A stretch of DNA of 64,000 bases from a virus (lineage: Duplodnaviria > Caudoviricetes): positions 49,448 to 113,447 of IMG/VR virus record IMGVR_UViG_3300001517_000002; one strand, 5' to 3'. Shown here piece by piece: positions 47,496 to 57,089 of the stretch; within the stretch, counting starts at the first letter, position 1, and every line of letters begins with the position of its first letter. The notes under the pieces were generated by a model. That model was not told the DNA's origin, made no database searches, and saw only the letters and a program-made list of their open reading frames with translations. A program made the position numbers and the translations under genes.

Positions 47496-47581
47496 CTGGA
47501 CGTAGCTCAGTTGGGAGAGCACTACAATAGTTTATGATAGAAATGTAGAGGTCGCTTGTTCAAGCCAAGCCGTTCAGACCA
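47496..47581 (+). tRNA. tRNA-like RNA with a 17-nt anticodon loop (identity undetermined)
   Basis: Acceptor, D and T arms and CCA intact; CTACA-[17 nt]-TGTAG. Confidence 0.75.
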
Positions 47582-47814
47582 AGGGGTTAACCCCCTCATC
47601 AATATATACCATAGATACAAACAACTCTGGCTTCCTCTGAGATGAAGGTTGAAACAATAATGGCGTGGTCGCTTCTTTAGAGATGATATGGCTCAGAAGT
47701 CCTTTGCTTCAGCATAAAAGACCTTAACTAAATGACAATGATATATTGGCGCATTGGGGTTGTGATGATAATAAAGGAGGGAAAACATCACATAGTTTGT
47801 ATCAAAATAAAAAT

Positions 47815-47900
47815 GCTCCTGTGGTGGAACTGGCAGACGCAAGGGACTTAAAATCCCTCGGGTGAAACCCGTATCGGTTCGAGTCCGATTAGGAGCACCA
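47815..47900 (+). tRNA. tRNA-Leu(TAA)
   Basis: AGGGA-CT TAA AA-TCCCT; long variable arm; CCA. Confidence 0.93.
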
Positions 47901-48107
47901 ATACTTCAAAAGCGGTGTGGCAACATTATTTAAATAAGGGAAACGATGGGTATACGAAACTTATTTGGTAATGATAAAATGGATAAAATGTAAAGCCATC
48001 AAATCGTTCTTGACTATGGGCAAACCTGTAGAAGTAGCTACCTACGGAAACCAGCAAAAAGAACACAAATCTTGCATAAGTTACACGCTCTTATGCAAGC
48101 AAATCAT

Positions 48108-48184
48108 CTGGATTTAACTCAGTTTGGTAGAGTGCTTGCTTTGGGAGCAAGATGCCGCAGGTTCGAGTCCTGTAATCCAGACCA
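48108..48184 (+). tRNA. tRNA-Pro(TGG)
   Basis: CTTGC-TT TGG GA-GCAAG; CCA. Confidence 0.92.
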
Positions 48185-48389
48185 ATTGGATTAAGAAGAT
48201 GCAATATCAAATGAATAGGAATGTATATCGTGGTGGAGGTAGACTGTGGTTTACGCAAAGGACGAGAATTATTTAATTCAATATTTGATAGAGGTGGTTG
48301 CATTGCCTCCGCTTAATCCATTACCAAAATCTTCGTTATGTCTTTGGCATAACTGACCTCCTTCAGCCCGTAGTTGCTACGGGCAATAT

Positions 48390-48465
48390 GGGACAGTAGC
48401 AGAATTGGCATATGCGGTAGTCTCAAAAACTACGTCATTTATGGGTTCGACTCCCATCTGTCCCA
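48390..48465 (+). tRNA. tRNA-Leu(CAA), short variable region, no encoded CCA
   Basis: GTAGT-CT CAA AA-ACTAC; GGGACAG/CTGTCCC acceptor stem. Confidence 0.8.
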
Positions 48466-48605
48466 CTACTACATTTTTATAGGAGGAATAACCAAATGAA
48501 TAAATGCGTTTGTTGCGGAGCTATAATTCCAGAAGGAACTTTGGTCTGCTTTATTTGTTTGCATAAAAATAATTTTTATAAAATCAATTATAGGAGGTAA
48601 TCTTA

Positions 48606-49103
48606 ATGACCAACAATGAAAAGATTCAAAAAGCAGAACAGCTTATCGCAGAAGCTAATGCACTTCTTAATGAAGTTAAATCTACCTATGATAATAAGAA
48701 AGATGTGATTGCTAAGTATAAAGAAGATTATTGTAAAGGTAAGAAATATTATATTAATGATGATAGTAATACCAGTTGGATTGTCACTCCTAATGCGTAT
48801 ACATTTAAAAACACTTCAAATCCTTATAAATTTTATCTTACAGAAGAACTTGCTGAACAGGCAAAGAAACTGAAAGACTTCAATGATAAACTGCTGGCTT
48901 TTAAATATTGTTATGATTTAGATTATAAGCCCAGTTGGGATAACGATTGTCAAAAGTATTATATTTATTATAGTACAGTTGATAACGAATACCACGCTGA
49001 CGGTTTATCTTCTATGCGTGAACCATTAGTTTATTTTAGCACCAAGGAAATCGCACAGAAATGTGCAGACTGGCTTAATTCATTTAAGGAGGTTGAAAGT
49101 TAA
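48606..49103 (+). CDS. hypothetical protein
   Basis: AGGAGGT RBS; VYFSTKEIAQKC. Confidence 0.8.
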   Translation: MTNNEKIQKAEQLIAEANALLNEVKSTYDNKKDVIAKYKEDYCKGKKYYINDDSNTSWIVTPNAYTFKNTSNPYKFYLTEELAEQAKKLKDFNDKLLAFKYCYDLDYKPSWDNDCQKYYIYYSTVDNEYHADGLSSMREPLVYFSTKEIAQKCADWLNSFKEVES

Positions 49104-49107
49104 TCTG

Positions 49108-50205
49108 GTGGCAAACAGAGCGTATAAATTTAGGCTATATCCTAATGAAGAACAAAAGATATTATTTGCCAAAACCTTTGGTTGTGTTAGATTTATCTAC
49201 AATCAAATGCTTTCGGATAAGATAGCACATTATAAAGAAACTGGAACGAAGCTCAACAATACTCCTGCTCAATACAAGAAAGAATTTGAGTGGCTTAAAG
49301 AAGTTGACAGCCTTGCTCTCGCAAACGCACAAATGAATTTACAGACCGCTTATAACAATTTCTTCAGGACACCAAAAGTTGGATTTCCTAAATTCAAGAG
49401 TAAAAAGAGAGACAGGGATAGTTATACTACAAACAATCAAAATGGTACAGTAAGTATTATTGAGAAGAAATTAAGGTTGCCAAAGGTTGGTCTTGTAAAA
49501 ATGGTGCAACACAGAATAATTTCAGACAACGAAAAGATTAAGTCTGCTACAATTACAAGAACACCATCGGGCAAATATTATGTTTCTATTCTTGTGGAAT
49601 ATGATAAGGTTGTTCCCAATGTAGAATTATCAAGGGATAAGGCGATAGGATTAGATTATGCAAGTCATAGCTTTTATGTCGATAGTCAAGGCAGAGAAGC
49701 AGATTATCCCAAATTCTATCGTAAAGCACAAGCTAAACTGGCTCACGAACAGCGCAAACTTGCTAATATGAAGTATGGTAGTAATAACTACTACAAACAG
49801 AAGATTAGGGTTGCGAGAGTTCACGAAAAGGTTGCAAATCAGCGTTTGGATTGGATTCATAAACTCAGTACACAATTAGCAAATGAATACGATATAGTTT
49901 GTGTGGAAGATATAAATATGCAAAATATGGCGAGGTCATTAAAATTAGGAAAGTCAACTAATGACAATGGCTTTGGAATGTTCAGAGATATTCTTTCCTA
50001 CAAACTCACTGACAGAGGAAAAGCATTTGTAAAGATTGATAAGTGGTTTCCGTCAAGCAAGATGTGTAGGCATTGTGGTTCTATCAACCACGAGCTTGCG
50101 CTATCAGACAGAGTTTGGACTTGCAGTTGCGGTACTACAATCAATCGAGATGAAAATGCTGCGATAAACATAATGAACGAAGGTTTGAGAATGTTATTCT
50201 CATAA
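49108..50205 (+). CDS. tnpB: IS200/IS605-family RNA-guided endonuclease TnpB
   Basis: AYKFRLYP HTH; RuvC D (GLDY), E (VEDI), D (RDENAA); CRHC/CSC zinc ribbon; probable GTG start at 49108. Confidence 0.93.
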   Translation: MANRAYKFRLYPNEEQKILFAKTFGCVRFIYNQMLSDKIAHYKETGTKLNNTPAQYKKEFEWLKEVDSLALANAQMNLQTAYNNFFRTPKVGFPKFKSKKRDRDSYTTNNQNGTVSIIEKKLRLPKVGLVKMVQHRIISDNEKIKSATITRTPSGKYYVSILVEYDKVVPNVELSRDKAIGLDYASHSFYVDSQGREADYPKFYRKAQAKLAHEQRKLANMKYGSNNYYKQKIRVARVHEKVANQRLDWIHKLSTQLANEYDIVCVEDINMQNMARSLKLGKSTNDNGFGMFRDILSYKLTDRGKAFVKIDKWFPSSKMCRHCGSINHELALSDRVWTCSCGTTINRDENAAINIMNEGLRMLFS

Positions 50206-50330
50206 TCGAATAGAAGAACCGTAAGGACTACGGGGATAGCTCGTTGATACTGGTAGCAATAGCTACCTTGGGCGAGAAGCCCGTTGACTTTAGACGATGG
50301 GTAGTTCGTGGAGGAAATATAAAATGATAT
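50206..50330 (+). ncRNA. TnpB omegaRNA scaffold / right end plus putative guide
   Basis: GGGGATAGC...GAAGCCC-hairpin-GGGTAGTTC, typical of IS605/IS1341-type right ends. Confidence 0.7.
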
Positions 50331-50356
50331 TTATTAAAATGAGGAGGAAATAAAAA

Positions 50357-52390
50357 ATGACATTCGTTGAAATGAGAACAAAAATGCTTGAACACTTTGC
50401 AGAAATGACAAAGGATTCAACAGAACTTTTTGAGGTAGGTCTTGACAAGGACAAGCTCTGGGATTTATACCTTGAGAGTTTCCCACCTGAGAAGAACAAG
50501 ATATTCAGAGAGCGCAGAGAACATGATTGTTCTTGTTGTCGCCACTTCATTAAGACAATGGGTAATGTGGTAGCAATCAAGGATGGTAAGGTTATTTCTC
50601 TTTGGGATTTTGATATTGAAGGTGACGATACATATGAACCTTCAATTAAAGCAATGAGAGAATATGTACACGAATGTGCTATCAGAGATGCGTTTTATAC
50701 AAAGGAAAGACGTATTGGAACAGAGTATAACAGAGAGCTTACAGATGGTCAGCTTCGTACTTGGGAACATTTTTATGCAGACATTCCTGAGAGATTTGTA
50801 CTTGATTATTATACCTCTAAGGCAGAAGAACAGGGGCAGTTCCGTGATACAAGGAATGTATTCAAGCGTTCTCTTGACGAGATAACAGAAGAAGCTGTTA
50901 ATGTTGTTCTTGAACTTATTGCACAGGGTTCTCTTTATCGTGGTGAGGAGCATAAGGGAGTTCTTGAAAAGTTCGCAAGCTATCAGGTAAGATACAATCA
51001 GCTTACTAATGAGCAGAAGGAAATTTTTGCTTGGGAGTATGCGAGTGAAGCTGGTATGGCTATTGGTAGAATAAGAAATCATTCTATTGGTACACTTCTG
51101 ACAGACATTTCCGAGGGAACTGACCTCGATAGAGCAGTAAAAAGCTATGAAGCTATTGTAGCTCCTGCGAATTACAAGCGACCAAAGGCTATCTTTACAA
51201 AGCGTATGCTTGAAGATGCTAAGAAAACTATTTCAGACCTCGGTTATATGGATTCATTAAAGAGAAGATATGCAACTCTTGATGATATTACAGTAAATAA
51301 TATTCTGTTCTCTAATAGGGATTCTGCAAAGCGTATTTCTGGCGCAGATATATTTGACGAAATGGCTGCAAGCGTGGCTGTTAATCCCAAGAAGTTCAAT
51401 AAGGTTGAAGAAATCAATATTGAGAACTTTATTGAGAATGTTCTCCCTACTGCACAGGAGATTGAAGTTCTGTTCGAGAATCGACTTGCTTCTAATATGA
51501 TGTCACTTATTGCTCCTGAGAATAAGGACAGTAAGACAATGTTCAAATGGAACAACAATTTCTGTTGGGCTTACGCTGGCAACATAGCAGACTCAATGAA
51601 AGAAAGAGTTAAGGCTGCTGGTGGTAGCGTTACTGGTGATTTAAGATTCTCTATTCAGTGGAACGAGGACGGAACTGACAACTGTGACCTTGATGCTCAT
51701 TGTATAACACCCATTATAGATGATGAAATCTATTACAGCCATAAACGAAGTATTACTCATGGCGAACTTGATGTAGATATAATTGACCCTAATGGTAAGG
51801 TTGCTGTTGAGAATATAACTTGGGCTGACAGGAAGAATATGAAGGACGGTATTTATAAGTTTTATGTTCATCAGTTTGGTAGTAGTGCAAGGAATGGTTT
51901 CAGAGCAGAGATTGAATTTGATGGTCAGATTTATAGCTTTGATTATTCTCATTCTATGAGACTTAAAGAAAAGGTAGCTGTTGCAGAAGTGACATTAAAG
52001 AATGGTCAGTTTACGATTAAGCCTTTACTCTCCGAAAAAAATGTTTCAAGCAGAGAAGTTTGGGGACTGAATACCAATCAGTTTGTGCCTGTATCAGTGA
52101 TTATGTATTCACCAAACTATTGGGACGAGCAGAAGGGCATAGGCAATAAGCATTACTTCTTTATGTTAAAGGATTGTGTAAATCCTGAGACACCTAATGG
52201 CTTCTATAACGAGTTTCTTAACAATGAACTTGACAAGCATAAGAGAGTTATGGAGGCTCTTGGTTCTAAGCTTGCTGTAACTAACGCTGATGACCAGCTT
52301 AGTGGTATAGGATTCAGTTCGACAAAGCGTAACTCAATTATCGTCAAGGTCAAGGGCAAGACCGAGAGAACATTAAAGATTAATTTTTAA
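50357..52390 (+). CDS. large phage protein with a YfaP/TerD-like DLDAH module
   Basis: HDCSCCRHF; RFSIQW...DLDAHC...LDVD...AVENI. Confidence 0.75.
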   Translation: MTFVEMRTKMLEHFAEMTKDSTELFEVGLDKDKLWDLYLESFPPEKNKIFRERREHDCSCCRHFIKTMGNVVAIKDGKVISLWDFDIEGDDTYEPSIKAMREYVHECAIRDAFYTKERRIGTEYNRELTDGQLRTWEHFYADIPERFVLDYYTSKAEEQGQFRDTRNVFKRSLDEITEEAVNVVLELIAQGSLYRGEEHKGVLEKFASYQVRYNQLTNEQKEIFAWEYASEAGMAIGRIRNHSIGTLLTDISEGTDLDRAVKSYEAIVAPANYKRPKAIFTKRMLEDAKKTISDLGYMDSLKRRYATLDDITVNNILFSNRDSAKRISGADIFDEMAASVAVNPKKFNKVEEINIENFIENVLPTAQEIEVLFENRLASNMMSLIAPENKDSKTMFKWNNNFCWAYAGNIADSMKERVKAAGGSVTGDLRFSIQWNEDGTDNCDLDAHCITPIIDDEIYYSHKRSITHGELDVDIIDPNGKVAVENITWADRKNMKDGIYKFYVHQFGSSARNGFRAEIEFDGQIYSFDYSHSMRLKEKVAVAEVTLKNGQFTIKPLLSEKNVSSREVWGLNTNQFVPVSVIMYSPNYWDEQKGIGNKHYFFMLKDCVNPETPNGFYNEFLNNELDKHKRVMEALGSKLAVTNADDQLSGIGFSSTKRNSIIVKVKGKTERTLKINF

Positions 52391-52402
52391 GGAGAATGTA
52401 TT

Positions 52403-52654
52403 ATGACAATGGACGAAAAAGCAATAAAGATTATTACAGATTACATTATCGCACATCTTGACAAGTCAGATACCATTCCACCATTTGAAGTGTATACAGT
52501 ATGGAAGTGTAAGGCGTTACAGAATTGGAAGTATTTGCTTTCAAGTAGTCTGTTTGATGGTATGTATTATGAACTTACTTATAATGGTGTCAAGAAAGAG
52601 TGGTATCTTGATGCTTATAAGAAGTTTGAAAATAAAACAATTGTGGAGGTATAA
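52403..52654 (+). CDS. DUF6275-like protein
   Basis: VWKCKALQNWK...DGMYYELTYNG...YLDAYKK. Confidence 0.7.
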   Translation: MTMDEKAIKIITDYIIAHLDKSDTIPPFEVYTVWKCKALQNWKYLLSSSLFDGMYYELTYNGVKKEWYLDAYKKFENKTIVEV

Positions 52655-52656
52655 TT

Positions 52657-53031
52657 ATGAATATTTTTGAAAGAGCAGTAAGAGAAAAGACACGTTTTGC
52701 CTTTAAGGGTAGTATTGGAGTAGAGGAACTTTGGGACTTGTCCCTTATTAACCTTGATACCATTTACGGCAATCTCGAAACAGAGCTTGAAGGTCTGCCT
52801 AAGAAGTCTCTGCTTTCCACTAATTCCAAGCAGAGAGAGGAAATTGAGTTCAAGCAGGAGATTATCAAGTATATCGTAGAGACAAAGAAGATAGAAGCAG
52901 AGCAGAAGTCTATTGCCAAGGAGAACTCAGCTAAGAAGCAGATGATTCTTGACATTCTGGCAAAGAAGCAGAACCAGTCTTATGAGAATATGAGTGTAGA
53001 GGAACTTACTGCACTGGCTAATAGTCTTTGA
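52657..53031 (+). CDS. coiled-coil phage protein
   Basis: FERAVREKTRF...EELWDL; RBS. Confidence 0.75.
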   Translation: MNIFERAVREKTRFAFKGSIGVEELWDLSLINLDTIYGNLETELEGLPKKSLLSTNSKQREEIEFKQEIIKYIVETKKIEAEQKSIAKENSAKKQMILDILAKKQNQSYENMSVEELTALANSL

Positions 53032-53275
53032 TGTGAATAGTATAGTGACCGTATGAACAATGCGGTCACTATTAAAATTATTGGCACAAGGAAAAGAGGG
53101 AATATGTTTACTATAAGTGATATTGCAAAACTTACAGAGTTTGACTGTTATTGTTGCCTCCCTGTATTAAAATGTAATGACATTGGTAGTATGGAATGTA
53201 GGGCGGTGTTCTTTGCGAACATGGCTTGTATAATGATACTTAATAACGAGTATATGTAAAAGGAAGGTTGATATA

Positions 53276-54172
53276 ATGAATCATAAGAAGTTTATGGATA
53301 TTGAAAGAATCAAGGAAAACATTATAGGTGGATTTGAAGTAGGCAATCATATAGTTATACAGGAGAAGATTGATGGAGCTAATGCAGCTATCAGATATGA
53401 TAGTGAAACAAATACTGTCGTAGCTCAGAGCCGTAAAAATATACTTAATATATCAAACAACCTTAGAGGGTTTTATGAATGGACACAGACACTTAATGCA
53501 GATAAAGTAAGAGAGGTTCTTGGAGATAATCTTATATTGTTTGGAGAATGGCTTGTGCCACATAGCGTTAAATATCCCAATGATAAATATAATCATGCTT
53601 ATTTTTATGATATTTATGATACAGCAACAGAATCTTATCTCGCACAGAATATTGTAAAAGAGAAGGTTGATGCTCTTAGTCTTATTTATGTTCCAGTTTT
53701 TTATGATGGACTGTTTGAATCTTGGGAGCATTGTTATTCATTTGTAGGCAAGACTAAAATGGGTGGCGAATATGGAGAAGGCATTGTAATAAAGAATCAA
53801 ACAAAGCTGAATGACCCCAACTCTCGTACTCCATACTATATTAAAATTGTTGGTGAAAAATTTCAAGAAACTCACGAGCATCATAAAAAGGAAGTTTCAC
53901 CAGAACAAATAAAGGCACTTGAAGAAAATAAAATCCTGTGCGAAACTATTGTTACAGAAGCGAGAGTAACTAAGATACTTCACAAGCTGGTCGATGAAGG
54001 TATTCTTCCTGAGAATTGGGGTGCATCTGAAATGCCAATCGTAGCAAGAAATCTTTGTAAAAGAGTATTTGAGGATTGTCAGAAAGAAGAACCAGAAACA
54101 ACAGCTAAGATTGAAAACTTTGGTAAGGTTGCGAACTCAATTTGTATGAGCATTGCAAGAAAGCTCATATGA
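53276..54172 (+). CDS. RNA ligase (Rnl2-like nucleotidyltransferase)
   Basis: EKIDGAN, FGEW, FYDI, EGIVIK, IK motifs. Confidence 0.85.
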   Translation: MNHKKFMDIERIKENIIGGFEVGNHIVIQEKIDGANAAIRYDSETNTVVAQSRKNILNISNNLRGFYEWTQTLNADKVREVLGDNLILFGEWLVPHSVKYPNDKYNHAYFYDIYDTATESYLAQNIVKEKVDALSLIYVPVFYDGLFESWEHCYSFVGKTKMGGEYGEGIVIKNQTKLNDPNSRTPYYIKIVGEKFQETHEHHKKEVSPEQIKALEENKILCETIVTEARVTKILHKLVDEGILPENWGASEMPIVARNLCKRVFEDCQKEEPETTAKIENFGKVANSICMSIARKLI

Positions 54173-54732
54173 AACGTCTATCCAATTTAATGCTCTTAGC
54201 TAATTTTCTATCCACCTTATTTTATTCCGTATCATATCCATACATTTATGCCGAGACAATTAAGGTAGTCCCACATTCATATATAGGAATTGAACAGATA
54301 CTTGCTTGCCTCGGCACAATTGTATTTTGTAGGTTATGGAACAAACATAGTGATAGATTATTTGAGCATTATAGATTATTCTTGTGTGCTGAAATTATAG
54401 CAGATGTCATTCTTTTTTCCGATGTATTGATAAGAAATGATTTAAGTTTTTATTTTCTTTTGAACATCATTATCTTCTCAGTGATTACAAAGAATCTGTG
54501 TTGTGCAAGTACCAAAATGAGAGCTAAGGTAAATCCTACTGAGAAAGAGCGTGAGCAATATGATAACAATTCAAGCATAGTTAATTCTATTGCTACATTA
54601 ATCGGTGCTGGTACTGCGATAGTATTTGATTTCGATTTACGATTACTGTTTATACTTGCTTTCGTGGGAAATGCAATTGATAACATATTCTATTTATATA
54701 TTTACAAAAAGATAAGGAGCGAGAATAAATGA
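54169..54732 (+). CDS. multi-pass membrane protein
   Basis: About six hydrophobic segments; ATGA overlap. Confidence 0.7.
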   Translation: MKRLSNLMLLANFLSTLFYSVSYPYIYAETIKVVPHSYIGIEQILACLGTIVFCRLWNKHSDRLFEHYRLFLCAEIIADVILFSDVLIRNDLSFYFLLNIIIFSVITKNLCCASTKMRAKVNPTEKEREQYDNNSSIVNSIATLIGAGTAIVFDFDLRLLFILAFVGNAIDNIFYLYIYKKIRSENK

Positions 54733-55037
54733 GTATAACAAGCTGTCCAATTTGTGGTACTCACGACTTAAATTGCACTCACTACTTTGAAGATGGAATT
54801 GGTGTAGTTGAGGAATACATTGATTGCAAACATTGCAACTATTCATTTGAATACGTCTATGGTGCTTATCGAGAATCATTTGGTAGGTATGAGTTTCATT
54901 GGGGTTATTCAATATTCAACAAAGACAATGGTGAGATACACAAGTTCTTTATGCCGATATACAAAGCTAAATTTATGGAGCGTAGAAAGTGGCATAAGGG
55001 TTTGAGAAAATGGCTCAAAAAGAGTGAGGTGACTTAA
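54729..55037 (+). CDS. zinc-ribbon protein
   Basis: CPIC...CKHC. Confidence 0.7.
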   Translation: MSITSCPICGTHDLNCTHYFEDGIGVVEEYIDCKHCNYSFEYVYGAYRESFGRYEFHWGYSIFNKDNGEIHKFFMPIYKAKFMERRKWHKGLRKWLKKSEVT

Positions 55038-55408
55038 TGTTTATTACAGCGACTAATGACAAAGCCAGCATACTATCAGGGATTATAAACTGTATAGGAA
55101 GTTCAGATGCAAAGGTAACTATGGTAATAGCCCCTAAAAGACCTATTGCAGATATTCTTTATATTACAAAAGAAATTCTTTATTTACTTGAAGATACTCA
55201 GGATTGTGATTATAAAATCTTGATTAATAATAGTTATTTTTGTGTCAAGTTTGAAAATGGTAGTGTGTTTGAAGTGAAGCGTTGGACGGGGAGCATCAGA
55301 GGGAAAGCAGCTCATATGGTTATTGTTGATGATGGTATTCCAAAAGAAGATAGAACAATGTTACTTGATTATTGTAATGCAATAGATAGGAGTTTAAATA
55401 ATGAGTGA
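55037..55408 (+). CDS. hypothetical protein
   Basis: Coupled; IRGKAAHMVIVDD resembles a helicase/terminase fragment. Confidence 0.65.
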   Translation: MFITATNDKASILSGIINCIGSSDAKVTMVIAPKRPIADILYITKEILYLLEDTQDCDYKILINNSYFCVKFENGSVFEVKRWTGSIRGKAAHMVIVDDGIPKEDRTMLLDYCNAIDRSLNNE

Positions 55409-55781
55409 GTATTGCCACAGAAAAGCTGTCAGATTTAAGATTGACGAAAAATTAGCTTGTGAACTTTTAAATGTTGAAGATAGCTGGGGTATGGAGGATT
55501 TGGTTAAAGCTCCATTTGAAATTGCTCCAACCAAAGAATTTTTCATTGACTATAATTTGCCTTGTAGTAACGATGCAGAAGGTGATTGGGGCAAGGTAAG
55601 AATTTTGTCCACATCTGAATATAGCAAATACGAAAAGTTGTTTAATGAATTGTTTGGTTATCAGCTAAGATGTTATCCTGATGATTTTAGACTTGTCGAA
55701 TACTGTTGGTATGATAATAGTGAAGCACCAGATTATTTTGATGAGACAACTTACCATGATGATTTTTATGACGAGGTGTGA
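55401..55781 (+). CDS. hypothetical protein
   Basis: Coupled ORF. Confidence 0.7.
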   Translation: MSEYCHRKAVRFKIDEKLACELLNVEDSWGMEDLVKAPFEIAPTKEFFIDYNLPCSNDAEGDWGKVRILSTSEYSKYEKLFNELFGYQLRCYPDDFRLVEYCWYDNSEAPDYFDETTYHDDFYDEV

Positions 55782-55792
55782 GGTAGCAAGAA

Positions 55793-56290
55793 ATGAATAG
55801 AGGTAATCTTTATAGAGCAATGGACGAAATATTATTCAGAGCTAAAGCCATAAACCGTGACTGCAAATATGGTTATTCTCCAAACAGACGTAGTGACTAT
55901 AAGAACGGTGATTGGGTATACGGTCTTATAACAAAACCATATAACGAACGCTTTCCAAAACTTCCTGCTGAAATGAGAAATACCGATGGAATTAGTGGGA
56001 TTGAAGTTGACTATAAGACAATAGGAATGTGGACAGGTAAACTTGATTGCGAAGAAAATTATATATTTGAGAACGACATTCTTCAAGATATTGATACAGG
56101 GGAATATGTAGTTGTTCAATGGTTTCCAGAACATTCTTCCTTTATGGTTTGGCGAATAACTATCAATAAGATAGAGTTCCTGTACTCTTTTCTTGATTCC
56201 AAATACAAAAAGTTAAAAGTCGTAGGTAACATATATGACGGTCAGAATTTAATAGATAAAGCAATGGGGGAGTTTGATTATGAATCGTGA
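55793..56290 (+). CDS. YopX-family protein
   Basis: ILFRAK, WVYG, TIGMWTG, IFENDIL, VVGNIYD. Confidence 0.85.
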   Translation: MNRGNLYRAMDEILFRAKAINRDCKYGYSPNRRSDYKNGDWVYGLITKPYNERFPKLPAEMRNTDGISGIEVDYKTIGMWTGKLDCEENYIFENDILQDIDTGEYVVVQWFPEHSSFMVWRITINKIEFLYSFLDSKYKKLKVVGNIYDGQNLIDKAMGEFDYES

Positions 56291-56612
56291 ACCAGTTCCC
56301 ATTGACGAGATTGATGGCTATGTTACCAAGGATTCTATGTATAGGTTAATATCTCAATACAAACGTGAAGGTCGCATTTCACCAGCAACGGCACAGGATA
56401 TGTGTAATACAATTGCTTATTCAATTGGGGTTGAAAGAACCAAAGACAGATGGATATGGGATGCTATGTGTCTGTTCAAAACCATACAAGGTTGGTTTAC
56501 AGAAAACAAAATATCATTCACTATGCTTTTAAGGGAAATTGATAATAAAAATATAGAGTATTTAAATAATGAGATAGATAATCTTTATGAAAAATATAAG
56601 GGGATAACATAA
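56280..56612 (+). CDS. hypothetical protein
   Basis: Coupled ORF. Confidence 0.7.
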   Translation: MNREPVPIDEIDGYVTKDSMYRLISQYKREGRISPATAQDMCNTIAYSIGVERTKDRWIWDAMCLFKTIQGWFTENKISFTMLLREIDNKNIEYLNNEIDNLYEKYKGIT

Positions 56613-56956
56613 TGAGTATTATACAAGATATACCAGAGTTGCGTAAACTTATAATAGAGAACCCTGAGCTACCTATATGTGTACTTGTAGAGAACGACTT
56701 ACCTTGGGAAGAATACTCTTATACCTATGCTGCTTCTGTTAAAGTTTATATAGGTGAGATTCTTGACTGTGATGTCCCATATAGTGACGGATATGTTTTT
56801 AATGATAGAGATGATTTAGGAGAACATTTACAATGCCATTTAGACATAGACGATAGTGTTTCAGATGAAGAATTTGAAAAGCTGGTTGATAAAGAAGTCG
56901 AGAAGTATGAACCCTACTGGAAGAAGGTTATTGTTGTGAGGGCTGAGAGTCAATGA
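56612..56956 (+). CDS. hypothetical protein
   Basis: LIIENPELPI; TAATG overlap. Confidence 0.75.
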   Translation: MSIIQDIPELRKLIIENPELPICVLVENDLPWEEYSYTYAASVKVYIGEILDCDVPYSDGYVFNDRDDLGEHLQCHLDIDDSVSDEEFEKLVDKEVEKYEPYWKKVIVVRAESQ

Positions 56957-57089
56957 AGATAAGAGAAAAGATTGATAATATACTTAATACGATTCAGTTA
57001 TACAGTTATAAGTTACCTACTTGTAAAATAGGCAATGCTATAATGGACTTTAGAGAAAGGTTTACATTGCCAAGAGAGAGGTGATATAA

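Noticed and set aside
48091-48303. Minus-strand 70-aa ORF
   Set aside because: Antisense to tRNA-Pro
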